64,000 nucleotides of DNA from Mobula hypostoma. Taxonomy: Eukaryota. The DNA lies in contig NC_086097.1 in the NCBI RefSeq assembly GCF_963921235.1, forward strand, positions 114,454,001 through 114,518,000, in the 5' to 3' direction. Position 1 is the stretch's first letter; each line of letters opens with the position of its first letter. This document shows positions 36,701-48,153 of the stretch, piece after piece. The notes below the pieces were generated by a model. That model saw only the letters and a list, made by a program, of their open reading frames with translations, searched no databases and was not told the origin of the DNA. Both the position numbers and the translations under genes were made by a program.

Positions 36701-37495
36701 CAGGACAAACATGGCCTAGAACATAATGACTTTTTTAGGTACCTTCAAATACGAAACTATGTTAACCAGAGTTGTAGATATACAGACCTATCAACAGTAG
36801 AATTAGAATTTTTCAAGATTCTGAATTCGGCTTGCAGCTCAATACCTAGTAAATCAGTTTCTCGCCTATATAATGCACTCTCCCATGCTAAAAATGTAAA
36901 TACGCTGTATATTAAAGAGAAGTGGGAGAAAGAAGCGGGGTTGGTACTTTCAGAGGAGGCTTGGGAGAAAATCTGCAGCTTTCAATGGTCCTCGACTAAT
37001 TCTTTGACTTGGAGAGAACATTGTTGGAAAAACATTATAAGATACTTCAAGACCCCATATCAGGAAAAGTATAAAGATACAAATGTGATATGTTGGAGAA
37101 GGTGCGGCTCCAAGGAGGCAAATCATTTTCATATTTTCTGGGATTGCCCTAAATTAAGTCTATTTTGGGAAGGTATTCATAGAACATTAGTTAAGGTACT
37201 TAGGTCCCAGATACCTCTGAACTTTGAGACGCTCTATTTGGGGCATGTATTGTTCCTTGAACAGAAGGAAGATATAAAGTTGCTGCAGGCCCTCTTAGCG
37301 GCAAGTAAGAAATCAATCACTAGAAAATGGCTAAATCCAATACCACCTACATTAGAAGATTGATACGAAATTATCTTGGAAATATTTAAAATGGAAAAGT
37401 TGACTTACTCCCTGAGAACTCAAAAAGAAACATTTTATCAAATCTGGAATAAATGGATTGAATATATAACCCCAATGCGAGCAGACTTTAGATGA
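33710..37495 (+). pseudogene. L1 ORF2p (APE endonuclease, RT, CCHC), ~1260 codons with two in-frame stops
   Basis: SYNVNG, LQETH, GGDFN, SRIDY, SDH; LDAEKAFD, GTRQGCPISP, FADD; CWRRC..H....C. One reading frame throughout, with TAG at 35918-35920 and TGA at 37361-37363; ends at TGA 37495. Confidence 0.93.
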
Positions 37496-38949
37496 CTCTC
37501 CTAATGATTTATATTGCTCTTCTCATCAACACAGTAATATTGCTAACGTAAGCACCCCTAGTCTAAATGTTTGTTTTTTTTTGGAAAATAGAGAATTAAC
37601 ACAAGTAAAGGGAAAGATTTGGGAAAGGGATAAAAAAAATGAAAAAATTAAGTAAATAAGTACATAGGGATTGGATAATTATGTCTGCGGGCAGGAACAA
37701 GCATGAACAAATTGGGATATAAACACCTACAATGGTTGGTATATAGGCTTGTATGCAACATTTTGGACCAGTGGAAATGGTCCAGAAGGGTTGTATGGAA
37801 ACTATTATTACCATTTTTCTTAACAACTAATTTCATTACTTAGCCTAATAGGTTAGATTTACCACAGTACATAATTATCTATTTAAATGTTTATTTTCCT
37901 TTTATATCATCTCAATGTGTACTTAAGAATGTATAAATAATTGTAGTTTTATACATATAAAAAAATGGAAAAGGTTATATGTGTGAAAAAAGTACATGAT
38001 AATTGTGAATTCCTTATCCAAATAAAAATAAAATTTAAAAAAAAAGAAAATCCCATGAAGTCAGCAGTTCTGAGATAGTCAAACCACCCCATCTGGCACC
38101 AACAACAATCATTCCACAGTCAAAGTCACTTTGAACACATCTCTTCTCCATTCCGATGTTTGGTCTGACTAATAACTGAACCTCTTGACCATGTCTGCAT
38201 GCTTTTATGAACTGAGTTGCTGCCACATGATTGGCTGACTAGGTATGGGTATAAATGAGCAGGTTTACATGTGTATTTAATAAAGAGGCCACTAAGTGTA
38301 ATTATTATCAGTATTGAGTAGAGTTGTTGATGTTGACATGAGACAGTAGTGGAGCTTATAAAGGATATCATCTGGTGGAAGGAAGGTCTGTGGTATTGAT
38401 CCTGTAGGGAAACGAGTTGGACTTGAGCCAGCTACTGTGTACTGAGGCACTCGAAGTAACAGCTTGTTCTTATTAATTGTCATATACTGTGCCTCTGGGT
38501 AACATGTACTGTGACAGTAAATTTAATTCATAGCTTGGAGGTACTATACCAAGATGCCCCAGATCACTTAGGTGGAATGAAGAAATTCTATCGAAAGTGG
38601 CTCGCTATTTTCTGGGGGGATAAAATGACATAAATAAATTCCTTTCTTTTGCAGACAAAAATGTCAACTTTGCCAAGTAATACCAGGCTATAGGAAAATG
38701 CTTCACTGCTGAGTAGTCCTCTGCCCCTGATTGGCTCTCAGTCTGGTTTCAGCGTCCAGTCTCTACTAGTACAAATGGCTCCATTGTTGCAGAAGGACAG
38801 AATTTCTTGGATTGAACTAATAGAGAAGCACCAAGATTATTCTGGGTTTCTAGACAGAAAAATAGAGGCCTTTAGAATGGAGACTCAAACTAATTACAGG
38901 AACGATGTTAGAACTGAGAGGCTGTACCCAGTCAAAACATAATTGTAGA

Positions 38950-39145
38950 GTTACACACACAAAACGCTGGAGGTACTCAGCAGGTCAGGCAGCATCAATG
39001 GAAAGGAATACAGCACTGAAGTTGTGGCTGAGACCCTTCATCAATATCCTGCCATCAATGAGCCTCATCACCCAGCAAGCCACCTATTTAACCTCAGCCT
39101 AATCACAGGACAATTTATAATGACTAATTAACCTACTAACTAGCC
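38950..39145 (-). mobile_element. Penelope 3' repeat remnant followed by a V-SINE tail remnant
   Basis: gctggaggtactcagcaggtcaggcagcatc..gagacccttcatca; then cctaatcacaggacaattt, shared with 42480-42700. Confidence 0.6.
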
Positions 39146-39182
39146 TCTGTAGTATCCTGGACATCTTCGAAGAAGGAAGAAT

Positions 39183-39682
39183 CTGGAGGGAGTACAAAGA
39201 AGGTTCACCAGATTGATTCCTGGGATGGCAGGACTTTCATATGAAGAAAGACTGGATGAACTGGGCTTGTACTCGTTGGAATTTAGAAGATTGAGGGGGG
39301 ATCTGATTGAAACGTATAAAATCCTAAAGGGATTGGACAGGCTAGATGCAGGAAGATTGTTCCCGATATTGGGGAAGTCCAGAACGAGGGGTCACAGTTT
39401 GAGGATAAAGGGGAAGCCTTTTAGGACCGAGATTAGGAAAAACTTCTTCACACAGAGAGTGGTGAATCTGTGGAATTCTCTGCCACAGGAAACAGTTGAG
39501 GCCAGTTCATTGGCTATATTTAAGAGGGAGTTAGATATGGCCCTTGTGGCTACGGGGATCAGGGGGTATGGAGGGAAGGCTGGGGCGGGGTTCTGAGTTG
39601 GATGATCAGCCATGATCATAATAAATGGCGGTGCAGGCTCGAAGGGCCGAATGGCCTACTCCTGCACCTATTTTCTATGTTT
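39183..39682 (+). mobile_element. Young CR1 3' fragment
   Basis: Open ORF2 C-terminus 39213-39596; near-identical to 44886-45390 and similar to 62657-63093. Confidence 0.92.
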
Positions 39683-40465
39683 CAAGGAACAATGCCTCAA
39701 AAAGGTGGTATTCATTCCCAGGACGTGCCTTGTTCTCATTGCTACCATCAGGAAAGAGGTACAGAAGCCTGAAGGAAGACACTCAATGATTCAGCAACAG
39801 CTTCTTCTCCTCCGCCACCTTCTTTCTGAAGGGACATTGAATGCATAGACACTACCTCACTGCTTCCTTTGTATTTTATTTTTGCACTATTTATTTAATT
39901 TCACTATAATGAAAAAAAAGATAGATATATGCACTGTAATTCACTTTTTTTCTCTATTATTATGTATTGTATTGTCATCGTCGTCATGGTGGCTATCCCT
40001 CGAGGTCGAGGATGATTGTCTTCGTTCTGTTGATCAAGTGGCCCACAGAACGAAGGCACCTGTGCGTGTATTTGTTTTTACGTGTACTTGATGTTGCACT
40101 CCAAGAAGCACACGATACTTTACAAATCAACAAACTGATTCCAATGGCATGGAAACCACGACGACTGGTGCTGATGGATTTGTTGCAGCCTTCATCCGCC
40201 TTCACAGCCCTTTAGTTCGAAGTAACTTCGTCCGTTTGTTCCATCGTCGAGGTCTTGGTTGGATTGTTCTTTGTCAGGGATCTCACCCTCGACCTTACTG
40301 CCATGGGTGTCCCCACCAGGAGCATAACTCCAGACGACATTGCTCTCGAGATCACAGGACCACACAAGCCTCTCCACCACGACAAGGTGACAATCCACGG
40401 AGATTGTACAGCTGCCACAAAGACAACAAATTTCACAACACGTGCTGCAATATTAGATCTGAACT
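39683..40465 (+). mobile_element. Rex1/Babar 3' end, split by an RTE-derived element
   Basis: gctaccatcaggaaagaggtacagaagcctgaag; tail aagacaacaaatttcacaaca. Confidence 0.7.
39975..40402 (-). mobile_element. Bipartite non-autonomous RTE derivative (5' UTR fused to 3' end)
   Basis: Minus strand starts ggattgtcaccttgtcgtggtggagaggcttgtgtgg, resembling RTE/Rex3/BovB 5' ends, and finishes cctcgacctcgagggatagccacc plus GAC/GAT triplet repeats. Confidence 0.6.
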
Positions 40466-41014
40466 CATAGGTCAATGGACTGTGGAAAGGAACTACAGCA
40501 CCCAGAGACAACACTGGAATTGTACCCCGAAGCATAATAGCACGTGGAAAACTGCTATGTGACCGTGGATACTCCAGCATATTGTGTGTGTTACTCTCAA
40601 AGTCCAATCCTTCATCCCCATCGTGAGAAGTGGAAATGATTAAGGCCAAGAAAAAGAAGAAGGCGACTCTGGATTTCCAGTATCTGCAGAATCTCTTGTA
40701 TAAATGATTGAAGAGGCTTAGGCTCTTCAGGAAAGTAAAAAAAGATGAGAAGTGACCTGCTAGAGGTGTTTAAAGTTATAGATAGTCATAGAAAATTTAT
40801 TTCTGGTTGAGACAGATAATCACTCTTCCCCAGAGAGTGGTTAGAATGTGACTCACTGCTATGGGATTTGGTTAGGCAGTGAGTATAAAATGCTAGATAA
40901 ATACAGAGAGGAACAAAGGAGGATAAATAATAAACTTTATTCACCATATACATGTAGTAGCGATTTGCTGTGGTATGTTCACGTAACATGCAACAAAAAA
41001 CAACATTCAACAAT

Positions 41015-41270
41015 TACCGAGAGGTAATGTTGCAGCTATATAGTACCCTGGTCACCTGGAGTGCTGTACTCCCACTTGGAGTACTGTGCTCAGTTCTGGT
41101 CACCTCACTACAGGAAGGGCGTGGAAATCATACAAAGGATACAGAGGAGATTTACAAGGATATCGCCTGGATTGGGGAGCACGCCTTATGAGAATAGGTT
41201 GAGTGAACTCGGCCTTTTCTCCTTGGAGCGACAGAGGATGAGAGGTGACCTGATAGAGGTGTACAAGAGA
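41015..41270 (+). mobile_element. CR1 ORF2 C-terminal fragment
   Basis: HLEYCAQFWSPHYRK..LFSLERQRMRGDLIEVYK. Confidence 0.85.
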
Positions 41271-41274
41271 ATAA

Positions 41275-42170
41275 GAGCAACACACTTAAAAGTTGCTGCT
41301 GAACGCAGCAGGCCAGGCAGCATCTCTAGGAAGAGACACAGTCAACGTTTCGGGCCAAGACCCTTCGTCAGGACTAACTGAAAGAAAAGCTAGTAAGAGA
41401 TTTGAAAGTGGGAGGGGGAGGGGGAGATCTGAAATGATAGGAGAAGACAGGAGGAGGAGGGATGGAGCCAAGAGCTGGACAGTTGACTGGCAAAAGGGAT
41501 ATGAGAGGATCATGGGACAGGAGGCCTAGGGAGAAAGAAAAGGGGGGGGAAGCCCAGATGATGGGCAAGGGGTATAGTGAAAGGGACAGAGGGAGAAAAA
41601 GGAGAGAGAGAAAAAGAATGTGTGTATATAAATAAATAAATAACTGATGGAGTACAAGGGGGAGGTGAAGTGGGGGAGATGCGTTTGAGAGCAGAGTTGA
41701 TGGTGGAGGAAGGGTAGCCCCTTTCTTTAAAAAAGGAGGACATCTCCATCGTCCTGGAATGAAAAGCCTCATCCTGAGAGCAGATGCGGCGGAGACGGAG
41801 GAATTGCGAGAAGGGGATAGCATTTTTGCAAGAGACAGGATGAGAAGAGGAATAGTCCAGATAGCTGTGAGAGTCAATAGGCTTATAGTAGACATCAGTA
41901 GATAAGCTGTCTCCAGAGACAGAGACAGAAAGATCTAGAAAGGGGAGGGAGGTGTTGGAAATGGACCAGGTAAACTTGAGGGCAGGGTGAAAGTTGGAGG
42001 CAAAGTTAATGAAGTCAACGACTCCCCCATTTCACGCACATCTGCTCTCTCTCCATCCTCCCACCACCCCACTAGGAATAGGGTTCCTCTTGTCCTCACC
42101 TACCACCCCACCAGCCTCTGGGTCCAACATATAATTCTCTGTAATTTCTGCCACCTCCAACGGGATCTAT
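41275..42170 (-). mobile_element. Penelope-like element fragment: RT C-terminus, 3' repeat, and an inverted piece
   Basis: Minus strand FLDLSVSVSGDSLSTDVYYKPIDSHSYLDYSSSHPVSCKNAIPFSQFLRLRRICS..FFKERGYP. The continuation SPISRTSAL..VPLVLTYHP lies on the plus strand at 42022-42170. Confidence 0.88.
41340..41375 (-). ncRNA. Minimal type I hammerhead ribozyme in the Penelope 3' repeat
   Basis: RNA AGUC-CUGACGA-A-GGGU-CUUG-GCCC-GAAA-C-GUU-GACU: stem I AGUC/GACU, core CUGANGA and GAAA, stem II, palindromic ACGU in place of stem III, NUH triplet GUU. Confidence 0.75.
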
Positions 42171-42350
42171 TCCTTTCCTGTCCATATAGCTACAGTTATA
42201 GCTGTGGTTTTGGTATGCTGTGAGAGGATGCTGCACCGAACCAGACAGTAATGATAAATGTGATAATGCTCCATGATGGCAGTGTAGAATTGCACCAAGA
42301 GGTTCTGGGGAAGACGAAATTTTACCAACTTCCGCATCAAGTACATCTTC
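42170..42350 (-). mobile_element. Rex1/Babar-like RT C-terminal remnant
   Basis: Minus strand KMYLMRKLVKFRLPQNLLVQFYTAIME...ITVWFGAA. Confidence 0.65.
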
Positions 42351-42479
42351 TACCAAACCATTTTACTAATGAAGGAATGAATACAGTTCTCCCACATGAG
42401 GTCCTATGTAATAATGTCCAATAATCTGAATGTTGAAACAGCACTAACTATAGAGGAGATTTGATTTTTTTTTTACTTT

Positions 42480-42705
42480 TATATAGAGATACAACATGGA
42501 ACAGGCCAGTTTAACCTAATGAGCCACACTGCCCTGCAACCCACCTAATTAACCCCAGCCTAATCACAGGACCCTTTACAATGACCAACTAACCTTCTAA
42601 ATGGTACATCTTTATATTGCGGGAGGAAACTGGAGGAAACCCATGCATTCACAGGGAGGACGTATGAACTCCTTACAGACAACATCGGAATTGAACTCTG
42701 AACTC
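42480..42705 (-). mobile_element. V-SINE (HE1-like) with a CR1-type tail
   Basis: Minus strand gagttcaattccg (B-box-like), ctgtaaggagttcatacgtcctccctgtgaatgcatgggtttcctcc (V-domain-like), ending ggcctgttccatgttgtatctct. Confidence 0.7.
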
Positions 42706-42709
42706 TGAA

Positions 42710-43320
42710 TTTGCAGCAGACAATGTAATACATAATAACAGGAAAAAAGTTGTGAATTGCAATAAGGTAATGTTCATGTCCATTCAGAAATTGGATGGCA
42801 GAAGGGAAGAAGCTGTTCATCAGTCATTAAATATGTGCCTTCAGGCTTCTGTTCCTCTTCCCTGATGTAGCAATGAGAATAAGGCACAATCTGGGTGATT
42901 GAGGTCCTTAATGATGGATGCTGCCTTTTTGAAGCATCACTCCTTGAAGATGTCCTGACACTGTGTAGGCTAGTGATGGAGCTGATTAAGTTTACTGCTC
43001 TCTGCAGCTTATTTTGATCCTGTGTGGTAGCTCCCACCCCCATACCAGACGGTGATGCAGCCCGTTAGATTGCTTTCCACAGTACATCTGCAGAAATTTA
43101 TGAGTGTTTTTGGTGACATACCTAATCTCCTCAAATTCCTAATGAAATATAGCCGCTGTCATGCCTCCTTTGTAGGTACATCGATATGTTGGGTCCAGGT
43201 TAGATCCTCAGAGATATTGACACCCAGGAATTAAAAATTGCTCACACTTTCCACTCCTGATCCCCTATGAGGACTGGTGCGTGTTCCCTTGTCTTACCCT
43301 TTCTGAAGTCCACAATCTGT
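42710..43320 (-). mobile_element. Rex1/Babar 3' fragment
   Basis: Antisense LRRLGMSPKTLINFCRCTVESNLTGCITVWYG motif. Confidence 0.8.
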
Positions 43321-43779
43321 TTAGTATTTTCAATTTTCATAATGTTTTAAATAACAAACCCTTGAGTGAATAATCTCAGCCTGGAATTCATCTATGCTTA
43401 TTGTCCATCAGTTTCAAATCAGCCTGCCACTACACTCCAGCTCCTATTCTCTTCTACCATCTTGTGCTCATCTCCCTTGGACAGGGTTATCAGGATAATC
43501 AGGATGTCACTCAAATGTAGGGTACCATTTTCTGACTAGGAATTGGACTAGATTATTAAACATTGTGGATCTCTTGGAAGTGAGAAGATGTTAAATATCA
43601 TAAGATGCTATGTTTGACCAGGCAGAAATATACAAGAATATTCGGATATAAGTTGTGCCATTCATAGTCATATGTAAAGGAGCTAGAATTAGCTTGCTCT
43701 GTGGCTGAAAGAGAGTGAGTATTGTATGGACAATGTACTGGAAGTCTATGCAATATCATTCTCCCTCCTTTCACACCAT

Positions 43780-44140
43780 TACATAGATTGAGCAAGCTAG
43801 GACTTCTTGCTCTAGAGCAGAGAAGGATGGGATGTGACTTGATAAGAGCTGTGCAAGATGTTAATTGGCATAGATCAGGTGGATTGCCTGAGACTTTCTC
43901 CGAAAGTGGAAATGGGTAATATGTTGGGTCATAATTTCAAGATGATTGGAGGAAAGTATAGGGGATGTCGGGGGCAGATACGTGAAGGTTACTTAAGAGA
44001 CTCTTAGATAGACACATGAATTAAAGGAAAATAGAGGGCTATGTAGGAGGGATGGGTTAGACTAATCTTGGAGCAGGTTAAAAGGTCAGACAACATTGTG
44101 GGCTAAAGGGCCTGCATTGTGCTGCAATGTTCTATGTACA
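43780..44140 (+). mobile_element. Decayed CR1 3' fragment
   Basis: RLSKLGLLALEQRRMGCDLI followed by a CR1 tail. Confidence 0.7.
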
Positions 44141-44439
44141 GGCATAGATCATCGGCTAGATGGGTAGTGCAATCTTGTCCAGGTGATGTCCTAGCATAGT
44201 GAGTGTCCTGAAGGTGGGGGTTCTCATCTACTTCGCTTATACATAAGATGAACCAGATTTGGGTGGCCGAACACTAGAAGTGTCAGGATGGTCTTGGAAA
44301 CCCAGTTTGTTGGCATTCACTCAGACATTTGGCAGAAGGGATTGGAGCAGTCATGGCCATAAAACTACCCTCCCCTAACTCTGTTACCTCCAACCAAAGT
44401 TGAATGTCTCACCTGCAAAGTGCTAATAGATCTAGGTCA

Positions 44440-44885
44440 TTAGAAGCGAGGCAGAGGGCCTATGCTGAGAGCAAGGAAGATTCAAGGTTCGATTGAAACT
44501 GAATCCGAAAGGTCGCGTACAGGCCGAGTCAAGGCAGCGGGGTCCAGGCCCCAGAATGTATCACGGTGACAGAACTTGATGTTTGGATGACATGCCGGGC
44601 CAGATTGAAAAGGTTAGGGTGTCGGGGCCTGAGATGAGGGTTGGGTCATTTCAGCTTGCTGCTCTGTTCTGCGCTGAACTAAGGGTCTGTGGACAGTCTC
44701 TCTCTGAGGACTTCAGTTCAGAACACCATTTCCTTGCGTTTATTGTTTGCATGATTTTTTTCTGTGCACATTGGGTGTTCGACGGTCTTTTTTTAAAAGG
44801 GGTTCATTTTGGGTTTCTTTGTTTCGTGTCTGCCTGTTAGGAGATGAATTTCAAAGTTGTATAATGTATACATACTTTGATAATA
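44440..44885 (+). mobile_element. Non-coding repeat with a Rex-like tail (relative of 17470-18275); the tail resumes at ~46088 after the CR1
   Basis: ...catactttgataata | CR1 | aatgtactttgaac rebuilds the Rex-type tail. Confidence 0.5.
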
Positions 44886-46087
44886 TAGAAACATAGAAAC
44901 ATAGAAAATAGGTGCAGGAGTAGGCCATTCGGCCCTTCGAGCCTGCACCGCCATTTATTATGATCATGGCTGATCATCCAACTCAGAACCCCACCCCAGC
45001 CTTCCCTCCATACCCCCTGACCCCTGTAGCCACAAGGGCCATATCTAACTCCCTCTTAAACATAGCCAATGAACTGGCCTCAACAGTTTGCTGTGGCAGA
45101 GAATTCCACAGATTCACCACTCTCTGTGTGAAGAAGTTTTTCCTAATCTCGGTCCTAAAAGGCTTCCCCTCTATCCTCAAACTGTGACCCCTCGTTCTGG
45201 ACCTCCCCAACATCGGGAACAATCTTCCCGCATCTAGCCTGTCCAATCCCTTTAGGATCTTATACGTTTCAATCAGATCCCCCCTCAATCTTCTAAATTC
45301 CAACGAGTACAAAGCCAGTTCATCCAGTCTTTCTTCATATGAAAGACCTGCCATCCCAGGAATCAATCTGGTGAACCTTCTTTGTACTCCCTCTATGGCA
45401 AAGATGTCTTTCCTCAGATTAGGGGACCAAAACTGCACACAATACTCCAGGTGTGGTCTCACCGAGGCCTTGTACAACTGCAGTAGTACCTCCCTGCTCC
45501 TGTACTCGAATCCTCTCGCTATAAATGCCAGCATACCATTCGCCTTTTTCACTGCCTGCTGTACCTGCATGCCCACTTTCAATGACTGGTGTATAATGAC
45601 ACCCAGGTCTCGTTGCACCTCCCCTTTTCCTAATCGGCCACCATTCAGATAATAATCTGTTTTCCTATTTTTGCCACCAAAGTGGATAACTTCACATTTA
45701 TCCACATTAAATTGCATCTGCCATGAGTTTGCCCACTCACCCAACCTATCCAAGTCACCCTGCATCCTCTTAGCATCCTCCTCACTGCTAACACTGCCAC
45801 CCAGCTTCGTGTCATCCGCAAACTTGGAGATGCTGCATTTAATTCCCTCATCCAAGTCATTAATATATATTGTAAACAACTGGGGTCCCAGCACTGAGCC
45901 TTGCAGTACCCCACTAGTTACCGCCTGCCATTCTGAAAAGGTCCCGTTTATTCCCACTCTTTGCTTCCTGTCTGCTAACCAATTCTCCACCCACACCAAT
46001 ACCTTACCCCCAATACCGTGTGCTTTAAGTTTGCCCACTAATCTCCCGTGTGGGACCTTGTCAAAAGCCTTTTGAAAATCCAAATAT
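44886..46087 (-). mobile_element. Young 5'-truncated CR1 with an open RT frame
   Basis: Uninterrupted 366-aa ORF 44983-46083 (DFQKAFD, QGSVLGP, KFADD); tail of TTTCTATG repeats. Confidence 0.95.
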
Positions 46088-46459
46088 AATGTACTTTGAA
46101 CTTTTTCATTGGTACAGTACTTCAGGGAAAGGTAAAATGGTTCGCTTACATTATATGGCAGATAATGCAGTCATTGCTCAGATAAAATCTTTCCTTTCAA
46201 AAATCATGAGAGCCACCTTTCTTCTATTTATTTACCCAGAGTTTTGTGTTTATTCTAAGCCAAGCAAAAACATTGTATGTAAACACATACAGACTATAGA
46301 TCCTTGGCTGAAGTCCATATTATGTCCTAACCCTGTAATGTGCTTAAAATACTGGCAGTAATGTTCAACAAATGTTGTAAACTAGTTGACAGAACCAATG
46401 CACAGAAGGACCTTCACACTTAGTCACATTATATGCATAATAGTGCACAATTCAATTTC

Positions 46460-46910
46460 CTACCAGACACAAAATTCTGGAGGCACTCAGCAGGTCAGGC
46501 AACATCTATGCAGAGAACTAAAGAGCCAATGTATCAGATATATGAAGATGAAGATGACATGTCAGCTGAAGGCTGAGACCCTTCATCAGGACTAGGAAGG
46601 AGGGGAGAAGAAGCCAGAATAAGAAGGCAGGAAGAATGGAAGGAGGACAATCTGCACACTGATAGGTGAAACCTGGTGATGGGGAAGGCAAGTGGGTGTG
46701 GAAGGAGGGATGAAGTGAGCAGCTCGGTGGTGATGGGTGGAAGAAGTAAAGGGCTGATAGGAGAGAAGGAATTTGATAGGAGAGGATAGTAGACCATGGG
46801 AGAAAGGGGAGGAGTAGGGCATCAGAGGGAGGTGATAGGCAGGTGAGGAGAAGAGAAGGGGTAAGAGGAGAGCCAGAATGGGGAATAAAAAAAGAGACGA
46901 GTGGAAGAAA
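46460..46910 (-). mobile_element. Penelope 3' region with a disrupted hammerhead
   Basis: Minus strand agtcctgatgaagggtctcagcc, then an insertion before the rest of the motif; pyrimidine-rich 3' region like 41375-41665. Confidence 0.7.
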
Positions 46911-47069
46911 ACCTTCCATGTGCTTTGCATGTGAGAATGTGCTGATTATATTTAGGTTCAATTCAATAGTTCAGGACATTAAAAATAAAGTGATTTTCCA
47001 GATCATTGTATGTAATTTTTGTGAATACTATGAATGACAGGGTAAACTAAAGTGCTGGAGATAAAAGTA

Positions 47070-48140
47070 CTGTCACAAGCTCCCACAGTCCCTGATGACC
47101 CAGAGATTTCAGTCTCTGAAGCTGGCGTGAGAGCATCCTTCAGGAGGATGAACCGACGGAGAGCATCTGGCCCAGATGAAGTACTTGGCCAAGTACTGAA
47201 AACCTGTGCTGATCAACTGTCTGGAGTGTTCATTGAGATCTTCAACCTATCTCTTCGGCAGTTGGAGGTATCCCTCTGCTTCATGCAGGTTTCAATAATA
47301 CCGGTACTTAAGAAGGATGAGGAACTTGCCTCAATAACTAGTGTCCAGTAGCACTTACGTTCTCTGTGATGAAGTGCTTTGAGTGACTGGTGATGAAATG
47401 TATCAACTCCTGCCTGAGGAGCAGCTTGGATCCGCTCAAATGTTCCTACCTGCTCATCAGGGCCACAGTAGGTGCCCTTTCATTGGCTCTTCTCAACCCT
47501 GTAACAACTGGACAGTGAAGATGTATACATCAGGATGCTCTTCATTGACTACAGCTCTGCCTTCAATACTATCAACCCCTCAAAATTAATCAAAATACCC
47601 AGGCCTCTATACTTCCTTGTGCAACTGGATCCTGTATTTTCTCACTTGTAGACCCCAGTCAGTTCTGATTGGCAACAACATCTCCACTGCAATCACCATC
47701 GGCACAGGCTGTGTGCTTAGTCCCTGGTCTACTCTATTCTTATGGCTGTGTGTCTAAGCACGGCTCCAATGCCACATTTCACCTTGCTGATGACACCACT
47801 GTTGTTGACCGAATGAAAGGAGGTGATCAATCAGCATATAGGAGGGCTATTGATGATCTGGCTGAGTGGTGCCAACCACTCACTCAATGTCAGCAAAGCC
47901 AAAGAGCTTGTTATCACTGTTTACAGGAGGAGGAAACTGGATATCCATGAAGCAGTAATCATCAGGGGAGTCGGAGGTGGAGAGGGTCAGCAACTTTACA
48001 TTCCTCGGTGTTATCATTTCAGCAGATCTCTCCTGGGTCCAGCATGTAAGTGCCATTACAAAGAAGATACAGCAGCGCTCTATTTTCTTATAAGTTTGAA
48101 AAGATTCAACAAGTCATCTAAAACTTTGACAAGAGATGGT
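47070..48140 (+). mobile_element. Decayed Rex1/Babar RT
   Basis: ASGPDEVLGQVLKTCADQLSGVFIEIFNLSL; HLADDTTVV. Confidence 0.85.
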
Positions 48141-48153
48141 CAGTGATGGAAAG

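Larger units (their letters stand above)
32244..38045 (+). mobile_element. Full-length L1-clade LINE (~5.8 kb)
   Basis: 13-bp TSD GAAAATCCCATGA (32231-32243, 38046-38058); ORF1, spacer and ORF2; AATAAA followed by a polyA tail. Confidence 0.96.
32085..38298 (-). mobile_element. Tc1-derived MITE split by the L1 insertion (pieces 32085-32243 and 38046-38298)
   Basis: Antisense DFDCGMIVVGARWGG and GFSHTAVSRVYREW remnants; TIR ..taataaagaggccactaagtg followed by TA at 38299. Confidence 0.8.

Noticed and set aside
42225..42425. Open plus-strand frame (EDAAPNQTV...) as a host exon
   Set aside because: The minus strand of the same DNA encodes a Rex1/Babar RT C-terminal motif.
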